Source of the DNA: Actinomycetota bacterium
GTDB lineage: Bacteria; Actinomycetota; Acidimicrobiia; IMCC26256; VFJJ01
DNA length: 37,180 nucleotides
Direction of reading: 5' to 3'
NCBI GenBank assembly: GCA_009886115.1
Contig: VFJJ01000141.1
Span: 1-37,180, forward strand
Positions 17,949 to 26,386 of this stretch are shown here, piece by piece (the stretch's first letter is position 1; each line of letters begins with the position of its first letter). The notes beneath the pieces were generated by a model, which saw only the letters and a program-made list of their open reading frames with translations, was not told the DNA's origin and did not search any database. Both the position numbers and the translations under genes were made by a program.

Positions 17949-19073
17949 TCAGTGCGCCGCGCCGTCTGCTGGTGCGACCTCGCCGGCCTGGAAGAGCCCC
18001 AGGGCCCCCTTGCCGACGTTGGCGAATTTGTGGGTCACGATCGGGTACAGACCGTCCTCGTCGAACGTGAACTCCACGTAGCCGCCCTGTGCTGGCTGCA
18101 GATCGAGGGCCTGGGCGCCACCCTGGCGGCCATCGGGCTCGAGGACGAGCGTCCCCTCCTTGAAGACGGTGTCGAAGATCGTCCCCACGATGTGGAACGA
18201 GGAGTTCTCGGAAGGCCCGGCGTCGAGCACCCAGACCCGGATGCGCTCGCCCGTCTCGACCCGGATCGGCGCGTCGCGGTACTGGTTCACGAAGCCGTTG
18301 AAGACCACGGCGTCCCAGTCCTCCTCGACCATCGGGGTCAGCTCGGCCAGCGCCCCGTCGACGCCGGCGTAGAGCTCCGACTGCACGAGCACGTACTCGT
18401 GATCGACGGGGCTGAGCTCCGGGGGGTCGACGACGATGGCTCCGTACATTCCGTTGCCGATGTGGTGCAGCGCAGGCGCCGTTCCGCAGTGGTACATGTA
18501 GATCCCGGCGTGTTGGGCCGTGAACTCGTACACGAGCGACTCACCCGGGGCGATGGTGCGCATCTCGTCGTTCCAGGCGACCTTGGAGGCGTGGAAGTCG
18601 ATCGAATGGCCGACCTGGCCGTCGTTCACCAGCGTCACCCGGAAGGTGTCACCCACCCGACCTCGCAGCGTCGGGCCGGGGACCGACCCGCCGAAGGTCC
18701 ACATGTCCTGGGTGACCCCGGGCGCGATCTCGACGGGCTCCTCGGTGGCGTGCAGCGTGAGCTCGTGAACGGTCCCCTGCTCGGCCGGCCCCAGCGCGGG
18801 GTCACGGGGCACGAAGCCCTCGGCTGCGGTGGCATTGAAGTCGAAGGCGGGCGCTGACGGGGGCGCGGGCGACGCGGCGCCCCCGTCCGATGCGGCCGGC
18901 GCGGCCGGCCCGGCCGCATCCGGGGCCACGGTCTCGACGCTCGCAGTGGTGTCGTCGTTGACCAACGCCGTCACACTCAGGATCGTCGCCGCGACCACGA
19001 GCACGGTGGTGAGCGCGGCCCACGCCGTGGCCGAGGTCGAGGAGGGGGGGCGCGGACGGGCGGTTTGGTCCAT
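17949..19073 (-). CDS. nirK: Copper-containing nitrite reductase (NirK-type two-domain multicopper protein), N-terminally membrane anchored
   Basis: HSIDFHA, YHCGTAPALHHIGNGMYG, SSFHIVG and YPIVTHKF provide the type 1 and type 2 Cu ligands and the catalytic Asp/His. N-terminal TM segment followed by a Pro/Ala linker. Confidence 0.8.
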   Translation of the reverse strand: MDQTARPRPPSSTSATAWAALTTVLVVAATILSVTALVNDDTTASVETVAPDAAGPAAPAASDGGAASPAPPSAPAFDFNATAAEGFVPRDPALGPAEQGTVHELTLHATEEPVEIAPGVTQDMWTFGGSVPGPTLRGRVGDTFRVTLVNDGQVGHSIDFHASKVAWNDEMRTIAPGESLVYEFTAQHAGIYMYHCGTAPALHHIGNGMYGAIVVDPPELSPVDHEYVLVQSELYAGVDGALAELTPMVEEDWDAVVFNGFVNQYRDAPIRVETGERIRVWVLDAGPSENSSFHIVGTIFDTVFKEGTLVLEPDGRQGGAQALDLQPAQGGYVEFTFDEDGLYPIVTHKFANVGKGALGLFQAGEVAPADGAAH

Positions 19074-19137
19074 GTCGGGATCCTCGATCGTCGGGCGATG
19101 CTGTCCCCAGTGTCGGCTGGGGCGCTCCTCGGGCCCA

Positions 19138-19176
19138 CCGCCCTCGGTCCCGACCCTTCGGGACGATCGGCCCGAC
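19138..19176. promoter_or_regulatory. Tandem DosR/DevR-like binding boxes upstream of nirK
   Basis: TTCGGGACGATCGGCCCGAC (19157-19176) matches TTSGGGACTWWAGTCCCSAA at 16/20. A weaker box core GGGACCGAGGGCGG (minus strand, 19138-19151) lies 22 bp closer to nirK. Confidence 0.65.
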
Positions 19177-19267
19177 ATCCCGACAGCCACCCCGCGGAAG
19201 GGCCATGCACCCTCGTCCACTCTCGTCGGCGTGTGACGCGTCGGACGGGCGCCGGTAGGCTGGGGTC

Positions 19268-19504
19268 ATGCCGCTCTACGAGTACCGCTGCCGGACCTGC
19301 GACACCGTGTTCGAGGCCCGCCGACCGATGGCCGAGTCGTCGCTGCCTGCCCCGTGCCCCAACGGCCATGAGGACTCGCGGCGGGTGCTGTCGGCCTTCG
19401 CATCCGTCAACGCCGGCGGGTCATCGTCATCGTCATCGTCGGCCGCCGGTGCCCCGGCCCCGTCCATGGGCGGCGGAGGTTGCGGGTCCTGCGCCTGCCA
19501 CTGA
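19268..19504 (+). CDS. FmdB family zinc-ribbon protein
   Basis: MPLYEYRCRTCDTVFE...CPNGH..SRRVLS, C-terminal GGGGCGSCACH. TAGGCT -10 six nt upstream. Confidence 0.9.
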   Translation: MPLYEYRCRTCDTVFEARRPMAESSLPAPCPNGHEDSRRVLSAFASVNAGGSSSSSSSAAGAPAPSMGGGGCGSCACH

Positions 19505-19595
19505 GCTCGCCCGAGGCTCGGAGCGCCGAGCTGGGCGTCAGCGGCGCGGCGTCACCGGCGTGTGGCCCGGGCGAGGTGGGTCGTAGCGTGCGGTG

Positions 19596-20627
19596 ATGCA
19601 CACGCCGCAGATGCGCTTCGGGACGGGGACGACCATCCGCCGCTTCGACGAGTACCGCAGGTGGCTTTCGACGGCCGAGGGTTCCGGCTTCGATCTCCTC
19701 ACCTGCGGCGATTCGCAGTCGTTGTGGGCCGAGTGCTTCACGATGATGACGTTCGCCGCCAGCCACACGACCCGGCCCGATCTGGCGATCACCGTGTCGA
19801 ACCCCATGACCCGCCATCCCGCCGTGGTGGCATCGGCCGCAGCCGGCGTGCAGCAGATCTCCGGCGGGCGGTTCCGGTACGGACTGGCTTCGGGCGACAG
19901 CGCCCTGCGAAACATCGGGGTCCGGGCCGCAACCGTCGAGGAGATCGGCGCCTACGCGAGCGCGGTGACCCGCCTCACCGCCGGGGAGACCGTCGACTGG
20001 GACGGCCAGAGCATCGGGTTGCACTGGCTCGATGACGATGCCCGACGGGTGCCGGTGTGGATCGCCGCCGAGGGCCCCCGGACCCAGCGTCTCGCCGGAC
20101 GCATCGCCGACGGGGTCATCCTCTCGAACAGCCTGACGCCCGAGCGCATGGCCGTGGCCCGGGAGAACATCGGAGCGGGTGCCGCGGAGGTCGGGCGCTC
20201 GGTCGACGACATCGAGATCTGGTGCATGGCCAACCTCCTCTTCGCCCCGACCGAGAGCGAGGGCATCGACTCGATCTCGTCGGTGCTGGCGGGCACGGCC
20301 AATCACGTCTACCGCTTCACCCTGGAGGGCAAGGGGCTGCCCGACGAGTTGAAGGAACCCATGACCCGGCTCATGGCCGAGTACCAGTCGCGCCACCACG
20401 CCCAACCGGGCGCCGAGAACCCCAACAACGCCCTGTTGGCCAAGTACGGACTGCGGGACTTCCTGGCTCGGCAGGGGACGATCACCGGTCCGCCCGGGCA
20501 CTGCGTCGATCGACTCCGAGACGTCGCATCGATCGGCGCGACCAACCTCATCGTCGCGCAGTTCGTGAGCGACCAGGAGCAGTGGATGCGCACCTTCGCC
20601 GATCAGGTCCTCCCCGCGTTCCGCTGA
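19596..20627 (+). CDS. LLM class flavin/F420-dependent oxidoreductase (Mer-like)
   Basis: VSNPMTRHPAVVASA, SGGRFRYGLASGD, PVWIAAEGPRTQRLAGRIADGVI. Confidence 0.9.
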   Translation: MHTPQMRFGTGTTIRRFDEYRRWLSTAEGSGFDLLTCGDSQSLWAECFTMMTFAASHTTRPDLAITVSNPMTRHPAVVASAAAGVQQISGGRFRYGLASGDSALRNIGVRAATVEEIGAYASAVTRLTAGETVDWDGQSIGLHWLDDDARRVPVWIAAEGPRTQRLAGRIADGVILSNSLTPERMAVARENIGAGAAEVGRSVDDIEIWCMANLLFAPTESEGIDSISSVLAGTANHVYRFTLEGKGLPDELKEPMTRLMAEYQSRHHAQPGAENPNNALLAKYGLRDFLARQGTITGPPGHCVDRLRDVASIGATNLIVAQFVSDQEQWMRTFADQVLPAFR

Positions 20628-20667
20628 CCGGGCTGATCAGCTCGGCCGAGGAGACCGAGCGGTGCGC

Positions 20668-20703
20668 CCGAGCAGGCCGAGCAGGCCGAGCAGGCCGAGC
20701 AGC
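20668..20703. repeat. 9-bp tandem repeat CCGAGCAGG x4
   Basis: Read directly in the intergenic region; the last unit is CCGAGCAGC. Confidence 0.92.
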
Positions 20704-20820
20704 TCGGACGAGCGAGGCGCGGGCGAGCACGCGGCGCGGGCGCTCATCCGAGCCGACCTTGCCCGTTCCTAAGGTTCGCATGACCCCTCGTTGATGGACC
20801 GGCCCGTACCGTCCTCGACG

Positions 20821-21768
20821 ATGAGCGACCAGCCTGCCTCCACCCTCGCCAGCGTCACACCCCGGCCCCGGGGTCTCACCCCAGCCCCGGCCCCGGCGTC
20901 GTCGGCCGCGGTCTCGTCGGGCGTCGCCCGGGCGTCGCTCCTGTGCAGGCCGTCGGGACTCGTGGCCGAGGCCAGCACCGCCGTCGCCGAGCTGTTCGAG
21001 ACCAGTCCCGACGCGCTCGTTGGCCGGAGGATGGTCGAGTTGTTCCATCCCGACGATCGCGACCTCGTGAACCGTGTCCGCGACCGGATCCGGCACGGTC
21101 GCGCCGACGAGTGCGAGCTCGCCGTCCGCTGGGTCGACACGCTCGGGGTCGTCCACGAGATCGCGGTGCGTTTCGAGTCGCTCATCGACGAGCGCGGATC
21201 GAGCGGCATCGTCCTGCTCATCGGTGCACCCGAACCCGGTCGGCCAACCTCAGCGTCGCCCTGGCGGGACGGGCTCACGGGTCTGCCCGGCGCGAGCCTC
21301 ATGGCCGATCGACTCGGTCATGCCCTCGAACGCTCCCGGCGCGATGCTCGAGCCGTGGGTGTGGTGGTGCTGGCGATCGATGATGTCGAGAGCCTCCGGC
21401 GCGTGCACGGCCGTTCGGGTGCCGATCTCGTCGTCCTCGAGATCGCCGATCGGGCCCAGCGCTGCACCCGCCCGTCCGACACCATCGCAAGGGTCGGCCC
21501 CGATCACCTGATCGCGGTGCTCGACGGGCTCGACGGTGTCGCGGTGCTCGACGCCGTCGCCGCCCGGCTCGAATCGGCGGTGTCGTTGCCGTACACGATC
21601 CGGCGCGCCGAAGCCGCGGTCTCGCTCACGGTCACCGCGGTGCTGGCCCGAGCGGGCGACGATCCTCGTACCGTGCTCGAGCGCGCCATCCCCACGGTGT
21701 CGGCAGGGTCGGCGGGGTCTACGAGCCCTCCGGCCGACTCGCTCAGCGCGCTGGCGCCGGCCGGGTAG
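20821..21768 (+). CDS. PAS domain + degenerate GGDEF-domain protein
   Basis: PAS (ELFHPDDRD), then RDGLTGLP..LMADRL, HGRSGADLVV, RPSDTIARVGPDHL with GPDHL replacing GGDEF. Start uncertain (20791-20821). Confidence 0.82.
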   Translation: MSDQPASTLASVTPRPRGLTPAPAPASSAAVSSGVARASLLCRPSGLVAEASTAVAELFETSPDALVGRRMVELFHPDDRDLVNRVRDRIRHGRADECELAVRWVDTLGVVHEIAVRFESLIDERGSSGIVLLIGAPEPGRPTSASPWRDGLTGLPGASLMADRLGHALERSRRDARAVGVVVLAIDDVESLRRVHGRSGADLVVLEIADRAQRCTRPSDTIARVGPDHLIAVLDGLDGVAVLDAVAARLESAVSLPYTIRRAEAAVSLTVTAVLARAGDDPRTVLERAIPTVSAGSAGSTSPPADSLSALAPAG

Positions 21769-21784
21769 CGCGACCGGGCGCCCG

Positions 21785-23203
21785 TCACTCCCGAGCCATG
21801 TTGGCGAACTTGGTGTAGTGGTCGAGGAACGCCAGCCTCACCGCACCCGTGGGACCGGCACGGTGCTTGGCCACGATGATCTCGGCGATGCCCCGATCGG
21901 GTGAGTCGGTGTTGTAGATCTCGTCGCGGTAGATGAACATCACGACGTCGGCGTCTTGCTCGATGCTCCCCGACTCCCGGAGGTCACCGAGCAGGGGACG
22001 CTTGTCCTGACGCGACTCGACACCCCGGTTGAGCTGCGAAAGCGCGATCACGGGGGCCTCGAGCTCACGGGCGAGGATCTTCAGCCCCCGCGACATCTCG
22101 GCCACCTCGACCTGCCGGCTCTCGGAGCGGCGTGACGAGCTCATGAGCTGGAGGTAGTCGACGACGACCAATCCGAGGTCGCCCTCACGGGCCTTGATGC
22201 GCCGGCACTTGGCCCGCATCTCCATGACCGTGCAATGGGGGTTGTCGTCGATGAAGAACGGGGCCTCGGCCAGCCGGCCCACGGCTTGGCTGATGCGCGG
22301 CCAGTCGCTGTCGGCCAGGTTCCCCCGGCGCAGCTTGGTGGAGTCGACCCGAGCCTCCGATGCCAGCAGGCGCTGGGTGAGTTCGACGTGGCCCATCTCC
22401 ATCGAGAAGAAGACGACGGGCTTGCGGGCCTCCATCGCGGCGTGCACCGCAGCGCCGAGCGCGAACGACGTCTTGCCCATGCCGGGACGAGCCGCCACCA
22501 CGATCAGCGCCGCCGGCTGGAAGCCGAGCAGGAGCTCGTCGAGATCCTTGTAGCCACTCGGGATCCCGGTGATCGACGATCCGCGGTCGTACAACGCCTC
22601 GAGCTGGTCGAGGCTGATCTCGAGGACCTGCCCGAGGTCGCGCATCGAGTCGGTGACCCGCCGCTGCGACACCTCGAAGATCAGCGTCTCGGCCCGGTCG
22701 AGGGCGTCGCCCACCTCGTCGGGCTCGTCGTAGGCCAGCTCGGCGATCTCACCGGCTGCGCCGATCAGGCGGCGCAGCAACGCCAGGTCCTCGACGATGC
22801 GGGCGTAGTGGGCTGCGTTGGTGCTCGCCGGCGTGGCGTTCTGGATGCGAACCAGGGCCTGGCTGCCGCCGATGCCCTCGAGCACGTCGGCCCGGCGGAG
22901 CGCCTCGGCCACGGTGACGGGGTCGACGGGCTCGCCCTGGCCGTACAGGAGGTGGATCGCCTCGAAGATGTGGCCGTGGGCCGGCTTGTAGAAGTCCTCG
23001 GGCTTGATGCGTTGCTCGAGCGCCACCGCCACGGCCTCGCGCGAGAGCAACATCGCCCCGAGCAACGACTCCTCGGCTTCCTGGTTGTGCGGCGGTACCC
23101 GCCCCGACTGCCTCGCGCTCGGGCGCTCGGACGTGAGCGGCTCGTCGTGCGAGCCTCTGACACCCCCACCCTGGACGCGACGCGTCGCTATCGACTGCGC
23201 CAC
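21785..23203 (-). CDS. dnaB: Replicative DNA helicase
   Basis: PPHNQEAEESLLG, Walker A AARPGMGKT, FSMEM, VVDYLQL, LSQLNR, LRESGSIEQDAD, KHRAGP. AGGAG RBS before GTG. Confidence 0.98.
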   Translation of the reverse strand: MAQSIATRRVQGGGVRGSHDEPLTSERPSARQSGRVPPHNQEAEESLLGAMLLSREAVAVALEQRIKPEDFYKPAHGHIFEAIHLLYGQGEPVDPVTVAEALRRADVLEGIGGSQALVRIQNATPASTNAAHYARIVEDLALLRRLIGAAGEIAELAYDEPDEVGDALDRAETLIFEVSQRRVTDSMRDLGQVLEISLDQLEALYDRGSSITGIPSGYKDLDELLLGFQPAALIVVAARPGMGKTSFALGAAVHAAMEARKPVVFFSMEMGHVELTQRLLASEARVDSTKLRRGNLADSDWPRISQAVGRLAEAPFFIDDNPHCTVMEMRAKCRRIKAREGDLGLVVVDYLQLMSSSRRSESRQVEVAEMSRGLKILARELEAPVIALSQLNRGVESRQDKRPLLGDLRESGSIEQDADVVMFIYRDEIYNTDSPDRGIAEIIVAKHRAGPTGAVRLAFLDHYTKFANMARE

Positions 23204-23310
23204 AAGCTCCTGGCCCTCCTGGTCTTCCCGCCGACTTCACGACAGATCGTGCGCCGGTCGACACCCGCTCGGACCTTGCCTCCCCGGCAGGCAGCATGAC
23301 ATGAACACCC

Positions 23311-23397
23311 TGTGGACAACGAGGGGAACAACCCTGTGACTTTGCTGTGGACGACGGTGTGTGAGAGCGCACGAGCCTGTGCACCAACTGTGGACAA
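23311..23397. promoter_or_regulatory. DnaA-box cluster upstream of dnaB
   Basis: TGTGGACAA (reverse complement TTGTCCACA) at 23311-23319 and 23389-23397, TGTGGACGA at 23346-23354, weaker TGTGCACCA at 23378-23386. All are in the same orientation. Confidence 0.8.
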
Positions 23398-23494
23398 CGG
23401 CCTGGGATGAACGCCCGGCTCGACCGGGGCACGGGCTCCGACCAGGGCTGGGCGACGGCGGTGCAGACCGACGCTGGGCATCGGTCGAAACCGA

Positions 23495-23510
23495 TCGAAC
23501 GAACGTTCGA
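23495..23510. promoter_or_regulatory. LexA (SOS) box
   Basis: TCGAAC-GAAC-GTTCGA, a perfect match to the actinobacterial consensus TCGAAC-N4-GTTCGA, between rplI and dnaB. Confidence 0.85.
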
Positions 23511-23622
23511 ATCATGGCAGATCGATCGCCCTCGGGCAAGGATCGACGTGAAGCGGCGGGCTCGTGGAGCCCGCCGCTTCACGTTCTGGGTGCTGCCTCG
23601 CCGCCTCGGGGAGCGGGGACCA

Positions 23623-24069
23623 CTATTGGACGACCACCTCGAGGGTGAGCGTGGTCTCCACCGTGGAGTGGAGCTTGATCACGACGCTGTGCACACCGAG
23701 GGACCGGATGGGCTCGTCGAGCACGAGCTTGCGCCGATCGATCTCGACGCCGGTCTGAGCCTCGACGGCCTCGGCGATGGCAATGGCGGTCACCGACCCG
23801 AAGAGTCGACCGTCTTCGCCCGCCCGAGCCGGGATGCGGATGGCCTTGGCCGTCAACAGCCCCGACACCCGGGCCGCGTTCTCACGATCGCGCTGGTCGC
23901 GCTTGGCGCTGGCCCGCTTCATCGTCTCGGCCTGGGCGATGGCGCCTTTCGACGCGGCAATCCCCAACCCGCGGGCGAGGAGGAAGTTGCGTCCGAAGCC
24001 GTCGGCCACCTCGACCACATCGCCGCGGGTGCCGACATCGGGCACATCTGCTCGAAGTACGACCTTCAT
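23623..24069 (-). CDS. rplI: 50S ribosomal protein L9
   Basis: MKVVLRADV..VGTRGDVVEVADGFGRNFL, GRLFGSVT, PIRSLG. Confidence 0.98.
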   Translation of the reverse strand: MKVVLRADVPDVGTRGDVVEVADGFGRNFLLARGLGIAASKGAIAQAETMKRASAKRDQRDRENAARVSGLLTAKAIRIPARAGEDGRLFGSVTAIAIAEAVEAQTGVEIDRRKLVLDEPIRSLGVHSVVIKLHSTVETTLTLEVVVQ

Positions 24070-24071
24070 CG

Positions 24072-24479
24072 TCAGACCTCCTCGACGACCGCGTCGTCGG
24101 CCAAGTCGACCGCAACGTCGGCGGTCGCTTCCTCGGGGGTGTCTTCGAGACGACCCTCGTCGCGCCGAGGACGGCGCTCACCGTCGCCCCGCTTGCCGCC
24201 GCCCTTGCGGACGGTGACGGCGCGGTGCACGTAGGGCAGCAGGGCCATCTCACGCGCCAACTTGATCGCCCGGGAGACCTCCTGCTGTTGCTGCTGGGAG
24301 AGCCCGGTGACGCGACGGGCTCGGATCTTCGCCCGCTCCGACAAGAACCGTCGGAGCAGGTTCACGTCCTTGTAGTCGACCCAGCTCTGGTTGGGGGCCA
24401 ACGGCGACGGCTTCTTGCGCCGCGGCGCTCGCTTGGCTGCGGCCGCAGACTTGCCACGGGGCTTGGGGGGTCGTGCCAT
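24072..24479 (-). CDS. rpsR: 30S ribosomal protein S18 (Cys-less form, extended acidic C-terminus)
   Basis: [39 protein letters not shown]; operon position. Confidence 0.97.
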   Translation of the reverse strand: MARPPKPRGKSAAAAKRAPRRKKPSPLAPNQSWVDYKDVNLLRRFLSERAKIRARRVTGLSQQQQQEVSRAIKLAREMALLPYVHRAVTVRKGGGKRGDGERRPRRDEGRLEDTPEEATADVAVDLADDAVVEEV

Positions 24480-24510
24480 GATCGTTCCTCGTTCTCAGAT
24501 CGAAACAGCG

Positions 24511-25044
24511 TCAGAAGGGTTCTTCGTCGAATCCGTGATCGTCGCCCGCAAGGCTCGCGGCGCCCGGGGCCGATGCGGACGGAGCACTGTCGCGTGCCGG
24601 GGCCGGACGGCCACCACCGGCACCACCACCGGCACTACCGCCGTCACGGCCGCCGCGCTGGCCCCCGCCGAAGTCGCCACCGTCGCGACGTTCTGTCCTC
24701 GAGACCTGGGCGGTCGCGTAGCGCAGGCTGGGCCCGATCTCGTCGGCGACGATCTCGACAACCTGCTTCTGCTCGCCTTGGGCGTTCTCGTACGAGCGCT
24801 GCTCGAGGCGTCCGGTCACAACGACCCGGGCGCCCTTGACGAGCGATTCGGAGACGTTGTTCGCCAGGTCTCCCCAGCAGACGACGTTGAAGAAGCTCGT
24901 CTGTTCCTGCCACTCGTTGGTCTGACGGTTCATCCACCGGCGGCTCACCGCCACGCCCAGGCGGGCGTTGGACTGGCCGTTGGCGGTGTAGCGCATCTCG
25001 GGATCGCGGGTCAGGTTGCCGATGATGGTGATGGTGCTGGACAT
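24511..25044 (-). CDS. ssb: Single-stranded DNA-binding protein
   Basis: ITIIGNLTRDPEMRYT, GRLEQRSYE, DEIGPSLRYATA, Gly-rich linker, C-terminal DEEPF. Confidence 0.98.
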   Translation of the reverse strand: MSSTITIIGNLTRDPEMRYTANGQSNARLGVAVSRRWMNRQTNEWQEQTSFFNVVCWGDLANNVSESLVKGARVVVTGRLEQRSYENAQGEQKQVVEIVADEIGPSLRYATAQVSRTERRDGGDFGGGQRGGRDGGSAGGGAGGGRPAPARDSAPSASAPGAASLAGDDHGFDEEPF

Positions 25045-25057
25045 GGTGTCGTACTCC

Positions 25058-25387
25058 CTACGACTCTGACGGCGCCGGGGGACGGGTCTTGCCGTACTGA
25101 GCCGGCGGGATCGTCACCACGCGATGCCGAATGACTTCATCTGACAGGGAGAGGAACCGGTCGAGCTCGGCCACCATCGTGGGTACGGCCTTGGCCTGGA
25201 AGACCACGTAGTAGCCCTCCCACCGGTGCTTGAGCTCGTATGCGAAGCGCCGCCGACCCCAGTAGTCGATCGACCCCGGCTCACCGCCGTTGGCCTTCAC
25301 GACATCGAGGGCCTTGGCGATCACACCGCGGATCGCCTCCTCCTCCAGGTCGACGCCGAAAATAACCATCGTTTCGTACGGCCTCAT
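25058..25387 (-). CDS. rpsF: 30S ribosomal protein S6
   Basis: MRPYETMVI, WGRRRFAYEL, EGYYVV, ELDR..LSDEVIRH. Strong AAAGGAGGT RBS. Confidence 0.98.
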   Translation of the reverse strand: MRPYETMVIFGVDLEEEAIRGVIAKALDVVKANGGEPGSIDYWGRRRFAYELKHRWEGYYVVFQAKAVPTMVAELDRFLSLSDEVIRHRVVTIPPAQYGKTRPPAPSES

Positions 25388-25460
25388 CAGCCGTTACCTC
25401 CTTTGGACCGCGACGTGTTCCGTCGCGGGCCCCCGTTCGCCGGGAGCAGGATTCCCGTGC
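25388..25460 (-). promoter_or_regulatory. Putative S6:S18 autoregulatory rpsF leader RNA
   Basis: Minus strand AAUCCUG-CUCCCG(GCGAA)CGGGGG-C-CCGCGACG(GAACA)CGUCGCGG-UCCAAAGGAGGU: two hairpins, with UCCU able to pair with the SD. The position matches the known rpsF leader. Confidence 0.55.
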
Positions 25461-25677
25461 GGTCACGGTCCATTTCAGGACCGAGCGCACGGCCGGATGT
25501 CTCTCGGACGGGGTCGCGGAAACGACCCTCCGTGAGAACCGGGTGAGGTTATCAGCCCACGTCTACGACCTATCGGGTCGAAGCATGCCACGGGGGTGTG
25601 ACAAGAACGCCGGCGACCACCCGCGGGGCCGTGTCGACAGGCCGTCGAGAGGCCATCGAAGCGACCAGGAAACCTGG

Positions 25678-26355
25678 TCAACCGATCGCCAGATCGCCCT
25701 CCGGAAGCTGGCCGTTGGCGGTCTCGAGGGCGTAGCGGAACGCAGGCTCGATCCTGTACACGGGACACGAGTCGTCGTCGCCGTCGAGGCACGGCACCAT
25801 CTCGAGGGCCCCGACGCGTACGCCGTCCGAGTCGTAGAAGCCGATCGAGAGTGCGATGAGCGTGTCGGCCATCGTGAACCCCACCCGGTCCTCGGACTCG
25901 AACACGAACAGCATCCCGTCGTAGGGCGCGAGGGACGTGACGGCGCGCAGGCCCTGGCCGCGTAGCTCGCCGGTGTCGGCCACGAGCACCCTGAGCTCGA
26001 CGCCGCCCACCACGAGCGGGCCTTCACCGAAGGCCTCGGCGAACGCCGGGACGGTCGTGGAGCTGACGTCGCTGGCGACGGGCGGGACGGGTGCCCCGCT
26101 CGGCTGCCCCGTCGCCGGCTCCGGGGCCGATGGAGCAGCGGTCGGAGCGACCGAGGCGCTGGTGAGGGCCGCAGCCACCGTCGAGACGGCCGTCGCGCCG
26201 GGGCGCGATCCGCTGTCGTCGGCCTCGAAACGGTCGCGGGTGGCCCACACGATCACCGCGACCGGCACGAACACCACGAGCACGATGGCAGCGATCACGA
26301 TCCGGTGCCGTCGCGCCGGGGGAAGGTCGGGGGCGTCGTCGCGCGCTGAGGTCAC
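25678..26355 (-). CDS. DUF192 family membrane-anchored protein
   Basis: VADTGELRGQGL, DGMLFVF, FTMADTLIALSIGF, CPVY...YALE; N-terminal TM segment. Confidence 0.88.
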   Translation of the reverse strand: MTSARDDAPDLPPARRHRIVIAAIVLVVFVPVAVIVWATRDRFEADDSGSRPGATAVSTVAAALTSASVAPTAAPSAPEPATGQPSGAPVPPVASDVSSTTVPAFAEAFGEGPLVVGGVELRVLVADTGELRGQGLRAVTSLAPYDGMLFVFESEDRVGFTMADTLIALSIGFYDSDGVRVGALEMVPCLDGDDDSCPVYRIEPAFRYALETANGQLPEGDLAIG

Positions 26356-26386
26356 GAAGCGCCAGGGTAGGTGAGCCTGCCGGCGC

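Noticed and set aside
21785..23203. Intein in DnaB
   Set aside because: The 472-aa length is normal and the helicase motifs are contiguous; no splice-junction or homing-endonuclease motifs.
23230..23620. oriC
   Set aside because: Few DnaA boxes, no AT-rich unwinding element, and dnaA/dnaN are not adjacent.
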